A stretch of 64,000 bases of DNA from Phoronis australis. Its lineage: Eukaryota > Animalia > Phoronida. Within the stretch, counting starts at the first letter, position 1. The number at the start of each line of letters is the position of its first letter. Below the pieces are notes generated by a model. The model made no database searches. It saw only the letters and a program-made list of their open reading frames with translations, and was not told the origin of the DNA. This document shows, piece by piece, positions 28,501 to 41,800 of this stretch. The DNA lies in contig NMRA01000689.1 in assembly GCA_002633005.1 (NCBI GenBank), positions 1 through 64,000 of the forward strand. Reading direction: 5' to 3'. Both the position numbers and the translations under genes were made by a program.

Positions 28501-29383
28501 TTAATGATCCCGGTTTAACCTAGTTTCATTAATGGAAGTGTAAATCCCCGGGTTTATCTTACTTTTGCAGAACTGGCAAATACTCTCCCTTATTCACACC
28601 TGTAATATAATCCACCTAGTCATAAGGGTGTGTTGGTGTGCTCAGGACAATGTTATTCCCAGCTCGGTAAAATTTCATGACAATATTCAGCGGCATGAGC
28701 TGAAATACTGGACGCCATGACTTAAACTTCACCAATTCCCAAACTGGCCTATAACAGCTGAACTTCCGATCAGAGTCCCAATTCTCCCAAACTAGCAAAC
28801 ACATATAGTAAGTAAAATGAGATAAGAGATTGGGAATTCACTAAATATCTTGGAAATGGTGCATTTCAAAGACCAAGATTTCAATAATGGTAATGGTCCT
28901 TGTATGTATTCTACATACAAACAAATCTGTCTTCTGTACCGAGTACACATTAGATTCATTAAACAACTTAATTCTGCACCACAACAACACCGCTATTCAA
29001 CACAGGCGAATGAAGCCTGCACTACAGCAAGTAAACCATTGACCCGACAAATGAGGTCACATCAGCAACGAAAAAGTCTTGTTAGAAAAATGCTATCTAG
29101 TCATGCAATAAGACAAATCACGCTTTATCAGAGTTCATTAGTACAGTTCGAGCTGAGACAGTTGTAGGCATGTTCTTGCAAACGTGACATTGTGTTTTGT
29201 AGAAGATCAAAGACATTGCAACAGACATAAAATTCACACCTTTTCATATTCAGACTTAATAAACAATGTTAATGAATGGTTTATATTTACAACCAAGGTT
29301 ACCACGGACAGTCTCAGCCAAGACCGGACTTCGACCTTTGATAAAACCACTCCTAGAGGAGACCAAAGTATAAAATCTAAGCC

Positions 29384-29389
29384 TTTATT
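29384..29389 (-). promoter_or_regulatory. Candidate polyadenylation signal AATAAA in the NF-kB 3' UTR (a more distal one at 27969-27974)
   Basis: tttatt on the + strand about 265 nt past the stop codon; motif only. Confidence 0.35.
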
Positions 29390-29582
29390 TGAGCATAATC
29401 ATGGCACACTTTCAATGTGGAGATATAGTTCAAATAGGGAGTACACAGCCTCAAAGAGTCAATGTCTATGGATAAACCTAGCTTGCAAAAAGCTAGTTTG
29501 TCAAAAGAACAATCCATAAAATCACGAACTGTCACCTATACTGAACCACTATCCCCACGACAACTTCCATCGGAGGCCGCAT

Positions 29583-29680
29583 GATCCCTTATTGTATTGA
29601 CAGGCTGCCCATACAGATCCCTACTGTATTGACAGGCTGCCAATACAGATCTTTACTGTATTGACAGGCTGCCAATACCA
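29583..29680. repeat. 3 x ~32-bp tandem repeat overlapping the NF-kB stop codon
   Basis: Unit gatc(c/t)(c/t)tactgtattgacaggctgccaataca. Confidence 0.92.
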
Positions 29681-29847
29681 GATTCCAGATGTTCCTCATC
29701 CCCGCTGGCATCTTTCAGTTGTTGAATGGGAAAACTTTGTCTCGGTTTCATTTTACCGCACACACGAGCCCTGATAATTCTGACGATGTTCACATGACCC
29801 ATTTCCACCAGTAAGTTACACAGCCGTTCTATGGTACCGTCGTAAAC
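29653..29847 (-). CDS. NFKB1: NF-kB terminal exon: end of death domain and tail (VYDGTIERLCNLLVEMGH...EEHLESGIGSLSIQ*)
   Basis: GT+..L...L..MG death-domain helix; acceptor ttcttctcttgaatccag; TAA at 29653-29655. Confidence 0.9.
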   Translation of the reverse strand, partial: VYDGTIERLCNLLVEMGHVNIVRIIRARVCGKMKPRQSFPIQQLKDASGDEEHLESGIGSLSIQ

Positions 29848-32800
29848 CTGGATTCAAGAGAAGAAAGTAGTTTGTTTGACGGATTAAGAAAAAAACAACA
29901 TTACATGAAATTTTACATGCTTGACGATTTTGTTTAAAACATTTGATCGACACTGAAGCAAACAAAATATTCTTTACAATTGTTCACAAAGAACCAGAGA
30001 AAATGCCCGTTGATATCTCACTGGTAAACAAGGATTCTGAACAGAATTGGGAAAGGGTGGAAGGAAAATTCTAAACGGTACAAAAACCTTGACGACTTTG
30101 CATAGAGCAAGAACTGTAGGCGCACAGCTCGAGTTGGCAGCATGCAGCTCACCAGTATGACTTCAGATTGTGTTTGGCGGACAGGAAAAAGTCTCAGGTC
30201 AATAAAGCGAGTAGCAAAGTCGAACAATAATTAAACTGAAATGCGCTTCAAAATTGATGGCGACTTTAAATTAATGATATTTTTTTCCTAGATTCAATTC
30301 CTTGGATTCACAACTGTCCTGTTTATTACGTGAAATCAGTACATTTGTCACCACAGCTCAGCCATATCAAAAATGCTCAAATTACAACAGAAAGTAAACA
30401 GACAGAAGTCGGGATTGTTTGGCAAAAAACGGGCAAGGTCGGACCGTGAAATGCACCTCCAATGTTTCCGACCACCTGCGTTCTCCATAGGGCATAATGA
30501 AGAGGAATTCAGTTAGATTGAGTTAGGGACAGCAAACCAAAATAAAACTTGGAAATATATCTAAAAAAATTATGAAATTGAGCTAAAAATTTTTTACGTA
30601 ATCAGAGAGTTGACATTGGACGCCCTGTTGCCATGAGGGAAAAATGGCAGCCTCGGATCAGCTGACATGGTGATGAGTCGTGTAAGGGTAAACTGCAGTA
30701 ACCAGTGAATGGTGTATATATACCGAAAAAATGGAACGGGTTTACGTAACTTTTAACAATGGTGACAGCAGCACGTTTTTTATTTTTTTAGTCGACAACC
30801 TCCGGCCCCCGTTTTGACGACCTCAGTTTTCATTTGGCAACGTGGTAATTAGTACGAGTTGGCACTACGCTACGTGGCTGGCACTGTGTGGGGGTAGTTT
30901 ATAGTTAATAAAACCAGATAATAAGTGGCAGATGTGCCACGAAATCTACAATTCTTACAAATGTGCCATGGACCAAACAATTAGATTTAGGGAATGACAG
31001 GTGTCTTTTGTGTGAATAAGTAATGTAAACACAATTAGGCAAAAAATATTAAATGATAATCAGCATCAAAAAAAGGTTCTTATTAACCTCTTTGCTACTG
31101 CGTATTGGGTGATTATCAAAACTATAATATCATACTTTGAAATTGTGCGTTTTTTTCATTCTGTGTCGACGCTGGTTACCACATTTTATTTGATTGCACA
31201 TTTCACAATCCTGCTTGGACCTTGGACATCAATAATTTCCTCAGTTAAAGCATAAATCCAGGATTTTGGATGTTTTGCCAAATGATAGAGAACCCTTCTA
31301 CGTGACTAATAGACTTCCTTACAGCAGATCAGTGGACGCCTGATAAGGCCAAAGACAAAACCTTGCTACAGCATTCTTACATGGTGTGGCCTGCTATGAC
31401 TTCTATCACTATGCAGACCATTGTAAGTGTTACTGTAACTGAGCAGTTGCTACACTGTGAAAATATGATCGGGAAAGCAATTTTCAAATTTTCCATCACA
31501 ATAGATTCAATACACAGCAGTTAGAAAAGGGTTTTGCAATCATGGCCCACTTATAGATAACCTCGACAAGACAGTGTGCCACATAAGTTAAACTCACTTC
31601 GTAAGCATTAAGCAGTTGAACGGTTGGCCCCGAGTTGTCACCCAAACTACTCAACCGAAACAAGGACACGAGATCTTTCAGTCCCATGGCGTCAGCCAAA
31701 GCAACCCAGTCTTTGCCGCGCTCACAATGATCCAGTAGTTTCCCAATCTCACACCGTGTGGTGTGGTCGAGCAGTGACATATCACCTGAAAACGACAAAT
31801 AACAATTTGCTGTGTACATACAGAAAGGACCAAATAAGAGTAGCGAAGGCTATTGAATTAAAAATGAGTAACTACATCAGCCCGAGTTATCATCATTTCA
31901 AATTAATCTATCAACTCGAAATTCACAATGAAAACAACTGGTGTTGTAATTGTAACTTAAATGAAAAGAAAGATGAGACAGCAGAATTGGGTGAATTGCA
32001 TCACTGAAGTTTAAAATGTATCAACCAAACTTTGATGATCCAAACTTCATGGGCGGCACACCATAGGGGGCTAGGGGGCTATAGCCTCCTCACTTTTTTC
32101 AGTGCTACACTGCCCGTGAACTTACCTAAAGAGTCAGCGCTTGACTTGAGCGATACACCTTCATCACTTTCTGTGTCGTCTGAGTCTTTTTTGCTTTTTA
32201 GACTGGCATGGAATGAATCACCTCGCAATACTCGAATGAGCTGTTAAATAGAACAAATATCGAGACTTTTGCATCAGGCTGTCTATAACAAACAACACAC
32301 TGATTTAGCAAACAAAGACAAATTTTCAAAAGCATCTTAATCTCATAGAGCACTACCCTATACACTCGTGTATACCCCCATGTGTCCATATTCGAAATAA
32401 TGCTTTTTTCAAAACTTACGCTCATTGACATGTGTTTTCTACATAAGCCTGTGTGCCTCACTTCACTTACAGATGAAGGCAAGTATCCCTGGTATATTCG
32501 TGTGTCTTAAATGGGCTGTTTTTTGTATGCCTCAACACTTCATAATAAATCACAAGCAATTATTAAGCCTATATCATTTTGTAACTCGCACGTTGTTCTC
32601 AAAGCTTGTTCCCAGGCTTTAGTCAAGTGTTTTGCACATACTAGGCAAATACGCCTATTCCAGATATTGCCAAAACATGAATCACAATATGTGCATAGAT
32701 GGTACATTTCACCCCGTCCAGACACAAACTATTATAAAAGAACAGTCTGATTGAGAATCTTCGTGTTTTTTTTTATTTCATTCATTTATTTCATATTTTA

Positions 32801-35800
32801 TTTTATTGTATTTTATTCAGAAACTGACGATAAATAGGAAACCAATTAAAAGTAGTACAACCAGCACATGAAGGTTCTCAGGCCTAGGCAATTACCTTGT
32901 CATTGTCCCTGGCTAGATCAAAGGGAGTGTGTCCTTCGTCGGAGTCGGGCTTTTTTTCAAAGTTTGTAACCTTGGGGTCAGAGTTAGCAGCCACCAACAG
33001 AGCAGTGAGACCAACATGACCCATGCCACAAGCATAGTGTAGTGGGGTGTCTCCGTTCAATGTAGGCGCGTTGACATCAACAGAGGCCTTAAAGCATTGC
33101 ATGGATATGTCATCAAAAGGTTTAAGAAGTCATGTTATTTTAGCTAAAGCAAACATTTCATAGGCACTATTTTTAATGATGCACCTATTTAAGAAACTCG
33201 TACAAATCCTTACAGAGCCAAATGCCACCGAAAAACAGATAAAACAGATAATAAGATGCAGAAGTTTACAGTAACATTGAGTGAATTTTCTCTCCCAGTT
33301 AAAGTTGCAACCACTGGAACGCAAAAGCAAACTTTTTTACCAAAACTATCAAAAAGTTAACTGCATGCATTTTTCAGCTTACCTCCAAAATAAGGTATCC
33401 AGTGATGGATAGGTCCTTTGTCTCCACGGCAACGTGCAGAGGTGTTCGCCCACTGCGGTTATCTGCAAGACTCATGTCAGCCCCGAACACGTGTAGTAAC
33501 TTGAGACAGTTCAGGCTGCAGGCTCTTGAGGCCAAGTGAACAGCAGCGTACCCTGATACACAGACAAATTAACAAAACCGTAAGGATGTCGAAAATTGCC
33601 AAAATGTCTTCCAGGTAAAACTGAATAACATTAACTGTGGAAGACGCCACTACACTACCATACTTATAATACATTTGTTTATGGTGACATGTACTGGCAT
33701 TGACAGTCTTTTAAAATGTTACTGAGTAAGGAACAAGCAAGACCAGTTTTTCAACGTTTAGTGGCCCGTGTAGATTGAAACATGTTTTTGACACAAATCG
33801 TGTTTAATGCCATTTTAAAGGTGGGGATAACAAGCATGGATGTTTAAAAGTGGAGATTTGGAAAATTAAGGGTTCAAAAGAGCTAAGGCATAAATTTGGA
33901 TGAGCATGGTAATAAATTAATCAAGTAATTTTTCATGTTAGGAAGTAAACACGAAGGAAATATCTGTGAAACTAATAACTTATTGTTCAAAATGTCGAGT
34001 TTTCTGCTTTGAGTGACTTTCAATAGCCTTTGCATCTTTCTCAACAACAACAATGAATGCCACAGACTCTGCCTTGACATAAAGAACCGATCCAAGATGG
34101 TAGTGTTCAAGACCACAACTATGTGACAAAAATCAACAAAAAATCATAGACCACAACTTTTCAGTGCTTTAAAAACATATAGGCACATACAGTTCAGGCC
34201 AAAAGTATTGACAGACAAAACGACCTGGAATTCCGTGACGTGGTGACTGGGTGGAAGCCAAATTTTATAGGTCATCGACAGCTTAGTCTTTCCTCATGAC
34301 TGAGAATGAAGGGGGATTAACAAGAAAGTTTAGTAAAGTGGCTAACACAACCTGTAACTAGAATTTTGATGCCATAATAGTTAACCATTAATTTTTGCTG
34401 TTAACAAAATCAAGTAACCGTCATGACGGAAAAACGGCGTTTTGTCCAATTACTTTTGTCTTGTACTGCATAATTATATTTCTAAATTTGTATTGAGACC
34501 AAAAGTGCATACCAGCAACTAACAGATTGCCACTGACTTCAGTACGCACAATATAAGACAAGATGTTGATGTCAGACACAGACTAAGATGAAGACAATCC
34601 CAGACTGCAGCCACTGTTGTACCAGCTGTCATACGCACACACGCACACACACACACATGGACCAATCAAAATTGTTGTCTGTTCATGATGTCACGTGCAT
34701 CAACTACGTTGTGTATTGACACAACCCGTTGGACTGAGGAGGTTTGTGCATCATTAACACAACTTCTTAAAGCCTAATTTAAGCATGTTTAACCTTGACC
34801 CTACTCCTTTAAACCAATACAGCCAATTAGATAAAGTGCTTGGAAGTAGGAAAATGTTGACTGTTACAATTGGAAAAATTCTGTGAGAATTTGTTTAAGG
34901 CTACAAGATCCCAAAGTTTTTCACTGATTTCCAGCATTTAAAGCGGTCATAAACCCGTGTTGTGTCTAAAAATTTTTTTTTTGATTTAGCAAGCAAATAA
35001 TGCCCAGTTAGGCACATTTGAGCTAAGTATTAGGGGCCCAAAAATGCAGCTTATAACCATTAGACTAAAAAATCTAGGCTCAAGATGTAAACGCTAAAAG
35101 CATTACTGCAGCACCTTAAAATTAAGCCCCATGACAGCGCCTTTTATGCATTCTGTCAAGACTTGAGAAATAAAAGAAATCCTTTGTCACTACCAAGTTA
35201 ACGAAGTTTCAATGGCAAAGAACATTCATTGCCTCCTCAATAACACTTTTGTTGTTTTGTACCCTGACTCTAAGCAACACAAATACACTAACCAACCAAT
35301 CAATGAATCACTTGAATAAAAGAAAAGTTTCAAATGTAATAAACTCCAAGACACACTCATCTGGGATATCAGCAGACACAACCAACCAATCACCATACCT
35401 TCATGATTCAGAATGTCCAGCACGCCATTCCCGGGCACTCTTCTCGCTCTGTCTCCTGTCAACAGCTTTTTCAAAGCCACGGCATTGCCAGCTTTGGCAG
35501 CAAGGTGGAATGGGGTGTTACCATGGCGATCAATGATGGATGTTTTCGCTTCAAACATGATCAACAGGTCGATGGCCTCATGTAGACCAGTCATAACAGC
35601 CAGATGGAGAGGAGTCTGCAAACAAACTCATCTACAAGTTCAGCGTGTCGAATGATTTTTAAGACTGTGAGTAAAGAAATTTTATGAGTAAATCTTTTAA
35701 ATTCAGTATTGCCCCAGATTACAAATACAAAGCTATCCAAAACTGACAAGTATGTGATTTTTTTCCAAATGACTTTTCATTAGAAGTAATAGATAAACAC

Positions 35801-38800
35801 CACTTTAAATCCAGCGTTTCAGACACAATGGACAGATATTAAGAAAATAGGAGTATTTTTGACACTTATAAATCTGGGTGGTGATGATAGTGGTCACCTT
35901 TGCAAATTCAAATCTTCACCATAACTAGCTCCTCTATACAAAATGAACCAGAGTGTCTCTAACAAATTTTCCACTCACTTGTTTCTGATGATTATATCCA
36001 TTAACAAGGCTAGACCAACTAGGCAATGTACAAGCTGCGCTGACAAGGTTACGTAGAGCATTCATCTGTCCATGGATGATAGCTTGATGAAGGGTCCTGC
36101 AATTCCATGTAATGGGTTATCAAAGCAACTACTGCACGTGCAACTCAAACAGCAGTTTCACAGATATCTTGAGAAATTAAGGGCAGATAAAAGTCTAAAG
36201 CAGGTCTCACAGGCTCGAAAGCCTTTTCTAACTTCCCAAAAGAACTAGGCAGATTGGATGACTTTACCCTTGAGGAGTCTCACATGCAGTTAGAGATCCA
36301 GATGAGTCATAATCAGGTGATCAATGAACATGACCAGACGTGTGACCTAAGCATGTCTGGTGCAACCAAATGGCATCAGGCTACAGCAAAGTGCCAGGGA
36401 CACACTAGTGACAGGCATATAAACAGAAACAACAAATAACTCGACAACAACTGCTCGCACCAGTCCAACAGAAAACGTGTGCTTTTAATTAGTTCCGCTG
36501 ACAAACACAACACGTTCATTGATTCTGAACTGAATGCGATGCCAAAGTGCATGCTGCACAGTCTGATCTTGGTAAAAACGACTACCTCACTGTGGCATTG
36601 TGGGTAACACAACAGTTGGGCACGTGATATCAGCGAGGTCGGGGTTTTTATCAACACGGCCTCAAAACACAAATCATTTACATTTTTCATAAGTTCACTA
36701 ACAAGCCAAATATTTGGGGGTTTAATATTTGCATTAAAATTCATTGATTTCTTTGATAAGTGTAGCAATGTAGAAAAAATTAAATATATGCGGAAAATAA
36801 GTACAGTGGATTGAAGCCACTGATGTTCTTTAACAAAACTTTTGAGTAAGCCCTTTTATGGGACATCCTTATAAAGCTAAAAATAGTTTCCAATTGAAAG
36901 TAAATTGAAATTGAAATGTCATGACATCAGAACAAAGAAAAACAAAAATTAAAAGCTAACTGGGAGTAAATCAGGCGACAAATTAGTCATGATTTTTTTC
37001 TAATTTTTCACCAAAACGATTACTTACGTATCACCTTCATCGTCCTGAATGGCCACCAGGTGTCTCTGAGGTGATAACACTTCCTTTACGTCGCCCGAAA
37101 CGGCGTAATTTTGTAAAGCCTCAGCAGTGCGTTCTGCTATCCGCAGTGCGACATCGTAGCCACCAGGTAGCGGATTTGGACACTCTGCAACCTCTAAAGC
37201 AGAAATATTTAATACCAAGACTTGAGGATCATAAACAACATGCCATTTATCACTACACTGAGGAATTTTTGTGTAAAGAATTCAGAACTTCGACAAACCA
37301 ACACGCCACCCCATGTGAAATAATGGTAGAAAAAACAAATGAAGTGATTTACTTAATATAAACAGCCAAAACAACTAAAGACAAAATGTAGGCAGGATTC
37401 ATGCTTTAGAACCTACTAGACAGTAACTAAGTTCTCCAGCAAACCCATACCTTGCTCTGGTAGTCCCTTGGGTACAAGGAAGTTGCCTGTGTAGGGGACA
37501 GTGGTAGAACTTGAATTGTTGGGGTTCAAGAACACCACTTGCTTGTTCTGCCAACTTTCTGAGTCAACCAAATTGTTTGTTACGGTATTTTCAGTAGACT
37601 GGAGCATTTGGACCGGAGGTTGTCCGATGAAATTTTCACTTGAAGAGAATGTGTGCAAACTTGCCGGACTGTACAATGTTGACAAAAGGACGTCACTAGC
37701 TCCCTGCTGTTGCCCGTCAAAGTTCACTTGCCTAGCTGAAGGTTTCTGAAGTGGCCTCGTGGTGGCAGCACAGTACAACATCTGGTCTCTATCATCTCGC
37801 AAGCTAAACTGCCCTGTGGTCATTTTTTGAACAGATCCATGTATTGGTTGTTGCTGACCTGAGAACACTCCTTGTGCCTGCTGTAACATGAGACCTGAAT
37901 AGCCAATAGTGGAAGTTTGTTTGATGTTGAAACTCTCAACTTCTTGGTGGCCAGCTACAGAGGAGGAGGTCGCAAACCGTCTCGGTGCCACGGCAAACTG
38001 CCGTTGTTGGACAGCTTTTACCTTCTGACTGAACATTGGCTGATTGACAGAAAAATTGATGTCAGGCATCGAAACACGTGTTGTTTTCTCATGCCTGTTA
38101 TCAATAAGTGAACAATCCTCCACTAAATCCAATTCATCAGACTTCGGCAAGTTGGGGCTCTGAAGCATTTGCTGCTTGCCTGAAAACACAAAGTAATATG
38201 CAACGGTTATGAAAAATTAAGATTCAACAGATAATTTGTACCAAAGCAGCCATAATTACAAGTCGCTAGAAAGAAAGGCAGGTCACCCAAAAAGTTCCCA
38301 AATGTGACATAAAATTATGCATCAATTTGATATAGTTAACAATTCAAAAATTTGTCTATGTTTCAAAGAGACGCAATTTTCAGTGACAGTGCATGGTTTA
38401 AATACATCTCCAAAATCAACCAAATGATCATGCCTGTGAACTAACAGAGGCAATGTGGCCCAGTGTGATGGGTGCCTGTTTTCTTTACTCGAGGTTCGTG
38501 GGTTCGAATCCCACTGGGCCACACTGCTAGACCCTTGAGTCAGGTTTCTAGCTCCTCAGCTCGGTTTTAACTATACAACACTGAAGCATAAAAATGGTTC
38601 CAGGTGATCAGTGCAATGGGCCCACTTGCGCACTCTGCGCACGACTGGTACAATGTGTATCCGACCGCCTGCAATTTTTTTTAACGAACAGATGCTCTGT
38701 ACTTAAGTGAACAGATGCTCTGTACTTAAGTGAACAGATGTCCTGTACTTAAGTGAACAGATGTCCTGTACTTAAGTGAACAGATGCCCTGTACTTAAGT

Positions 38801-41800
38801 GAACAGATGCCCTGTACTTAAGTGAACAGATGCCCTGTACTTAAGTGAACTGTTTGTGTCATATTTGGCAGCAACTGTCGCGATACTTAAAAAGTAAACT
38901 TAAAATCAGACAGTTTGATTTTAAATCAGCTGTCAGTGGTTGTTCCCTACAAAACAAAAACAAACTTGGTACATTTTATGAAATTTCACCACAAGATTTA
39001 GAATGCCTTAGAATTAAGGTCAGGAAATGCCCGTCAGAATGTGCATTTTATTTTAATAGGAATTGGCAATGATCATGAAAATTTTACTAACACATATTGA
39101 TAAAAGTGAATGAAAACTACACGGCAAGGAACAGATAATAATGATAGTTTTCGAATAGTGACAAAAGTGTCAAATAATACGTTAAAGAAATGTTATCACT
39201 CAAAAATAAAATATTAATTTTATACAATTTTTCTGATATTTNNNNNNNNNNNNNNNNNNNNNNNNNNNNNNNNNNNNNNNNNNNNNNNNNNNNNNNNNNN
39301 NNNNNNNNNNNNNATGTATATATGACCAGTCCAGTTCAGTTTTGTTGGTATACCTGTGTCTGTGAAAGTGTACTGATCTGTTACATATGTCAGACATTTT
39401 GTGCCACTGACGTCTTATTTCCTGTTCTCGTCGATGAATACCAGACAATGGCGCCAACATAACACTGTAACACTGTAATACATACTCTCCAAGGACGGAC
39501 ATATAAAAATCAACTTGAAGGGAACTGTCCTCTTCATGAAGATCCATCCAGGGGTTGGCCAAACAGATGTGCCACTAGGAGATGTAGAACAACCTGGATT
39601 CCCCAACAAATGGGCAGGTGCCGCCATCTCCTCAATAGGAATGCATCAACTACATTTCAAGCAAATTCAGACAAAGTTTAACAGGTAGACTTTGCGGCAG
39701 ACGGAAAAAATTATCACAAGGAGGTATAGAAGTAGCAAGAGCCATCCAAAAAACCAAAGAAACATCAATTTCTGATCAATTATCAAGACAATTCATCCAG
39801 CGAATTTTGCATAAACAGAAGCTAATGCTGAGCGTCATTGACACACTCACGCAGACACAATCCCAGAAACCTACCCCAACATTCCACTGTCCAGTTGCCA
39901 GCTTGGAGCCAAACAACGTATATTGTTAGTCTTATTTGTTTCGTTGAAGCCTCTCATGTTGTTTGCACACAAAAATAATTACCTGAGGGATTGCGTTGGG
40001 AACGTGACCGTTTTCCTCCTCTGGAATTTTGCGTGGATGTGCCACTGCGGCTACCAGCTGGGCTAGGTGGTGGTGCAAACACAGCATGGTCATCTGAACC
40101 ACCAAGGAATGGTACTCTTTTCATCTTCTTGCGCGAAATGTCGTCGTGGTCTAAAATGAGAATGAGGAGACCTTGATGTGTAGCATACACTGGCCAGTCA
40201 GACTTGGATCAACAAAAACTTCATTAAGTGGGTAAATGTTTTTCACAGTTTCAAACCAACCAAGTGATTAGGAAAAGGATTAGATTTTTTGCAGGTCTTT
40301 TCGGACTGAAAGCGATAACTTGGAAGCCTACATAATAATTTGTTTCACTTTCAATTCAGTTTGTAGCCTCCTGATCATTACATTTGCTATATTACACAGA
40401 GGAGCCTGGTCTATTCTTACAGCTGCAATGTAATTTGCTAAAAGCTTGAGTCACGCTTGCTCATTTAGTCGACTTTGAAAGGAGTTTTCAAATTTTCCTC
40501 CAAACTTTTGAGGGTAACCAAAGGTTACAGAACATTTTGTTTCCCAGAGAACTGGATGGGAAAGTTGTTTTAAGCCTGTTAATAGGCCAGAGCATTATTT
40601 TGTTTCAGAGAACTGAACGGGAAAGTCGTTTTAAGTCTGTTAATAGGCCAAAACTGTGTTTGGCATCCTTCTAACAAAGCAACGAGAACTGATGAATCTT
40701 TTGAAATTGCCACTTTACAAGGTGACCTACTTATCTGGCTGGCATAGAACGTGAATGGCTTGGGTTCACTCGTCTCGTTGTCTGAAGGACGTAGGAGTTC
40801 CATCTGCACCACAACTTCTTTAGCCAGCTCGGTGTTGGCATACGATGGAGTACGGAACACGATGGCAAAGCTACGGTGGACGTCGTGTGGCCCAAACTCG
40901 CCATAGCCCTCCCAAGACAGATCACCCCTTTCATCCTCTTGGAAGAAGCGCACTTTAATATCGTCTGGGGACAGACAAGACTAAATTACAAGTAGGAGTA
41001 ACAAATTACCACTATTTCGTACAGCATGCTGATACGAATCACGGTTATGTGTAATATAAAACTCAGTTCCAATAAATTAGTATCGTTAAGAACAACCAGT
41101 TCACAATCGACAGAAAATTGACACTTTCAATCGTTATTTCAGCACTTAGCTGGAAGGTGTTCAAATGTGTCAACTGGTCTTTATGGAATTCAATCAGATG
41201 AAGAAGAAAATGATGTTGAAACTCAACAGCTGACCACTCACTATGAGACACCTTTTCACAAAGCAAGAAGACTTCGTCACCTCCAACACACGAACCAGCC
41301 TGACGATCCATGCGGCAAATTTTCAATGGGGACTCTTTTTCTATCAAATTAAAATACATACAAAATCTAAGTTCAAAATAACCACAATAAAATGACCAGT
41401 TAGAAGTATAAAGTTGAAACTAATATTCGTCAGACCTACTTTCACAAACCATTGTTCAAAAAAGTAAGTTAACCTTGAAGATGCATCCAAGTCACAGAAA
41501 TACAGTCTAGTTTCACACTCAGTCAAGTTTCCCACAAAAATTTTTGCCATGACTCATTTATGGCAGGCAGCACCAGGTCAGGTGGTATGTGACTCATCAT
41601 CCAATTCAAATGTACCAGCAGAAGGTTTGTTTGGGAATTTCTTTCAAAATTTTCATCCCCAAGATTATTCTCATTGACCTATACATCATCTGCTGAAGTT
41701 TCAGTCTATGGACAATTAGTTTTTATACAATCCACTCTTTACCTATAATCTAACATACACCCAGTGTTTCTGCAATTAAGTTGACCAAATCGTGAATCAT

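Noticed and set aside
29583-29680. Palindromic 32-bp repeats as a CRISPR array
   Set aside because: No spacers; the unit derives from the NF-kB coding end
29653-37193. Separate IkappaB/Bcl3 gene made of the ankyrin exons
   Set aside because: Exon phases join continuously to the RHD exons, and the p105-type pre-ankyrin motif and death domain are present
38447-38525. tRNA gene
   Set aside because: A and B boxes are present but there are no acceptor or anticodon stems; SINE-like continuation
38686-38850. 23-bp repeats as a CRISPR array
   Set aside because: Units are contiguous with no unique spacers, there are no cas genes, and the context is a eukaryotic intron
39415-39640. ORF MAAPAHLLGNPGCSTSPSG as an NF-kB exon
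   Set aside because: No AG acceptor that puts it in frame with the phase-1 upstream exon
39954-39982. Intron read-through giving a short p50-like isoform
   Set aside because: Any retained intron gives such a stop; no adjacent canonical poly(A) signal or other support
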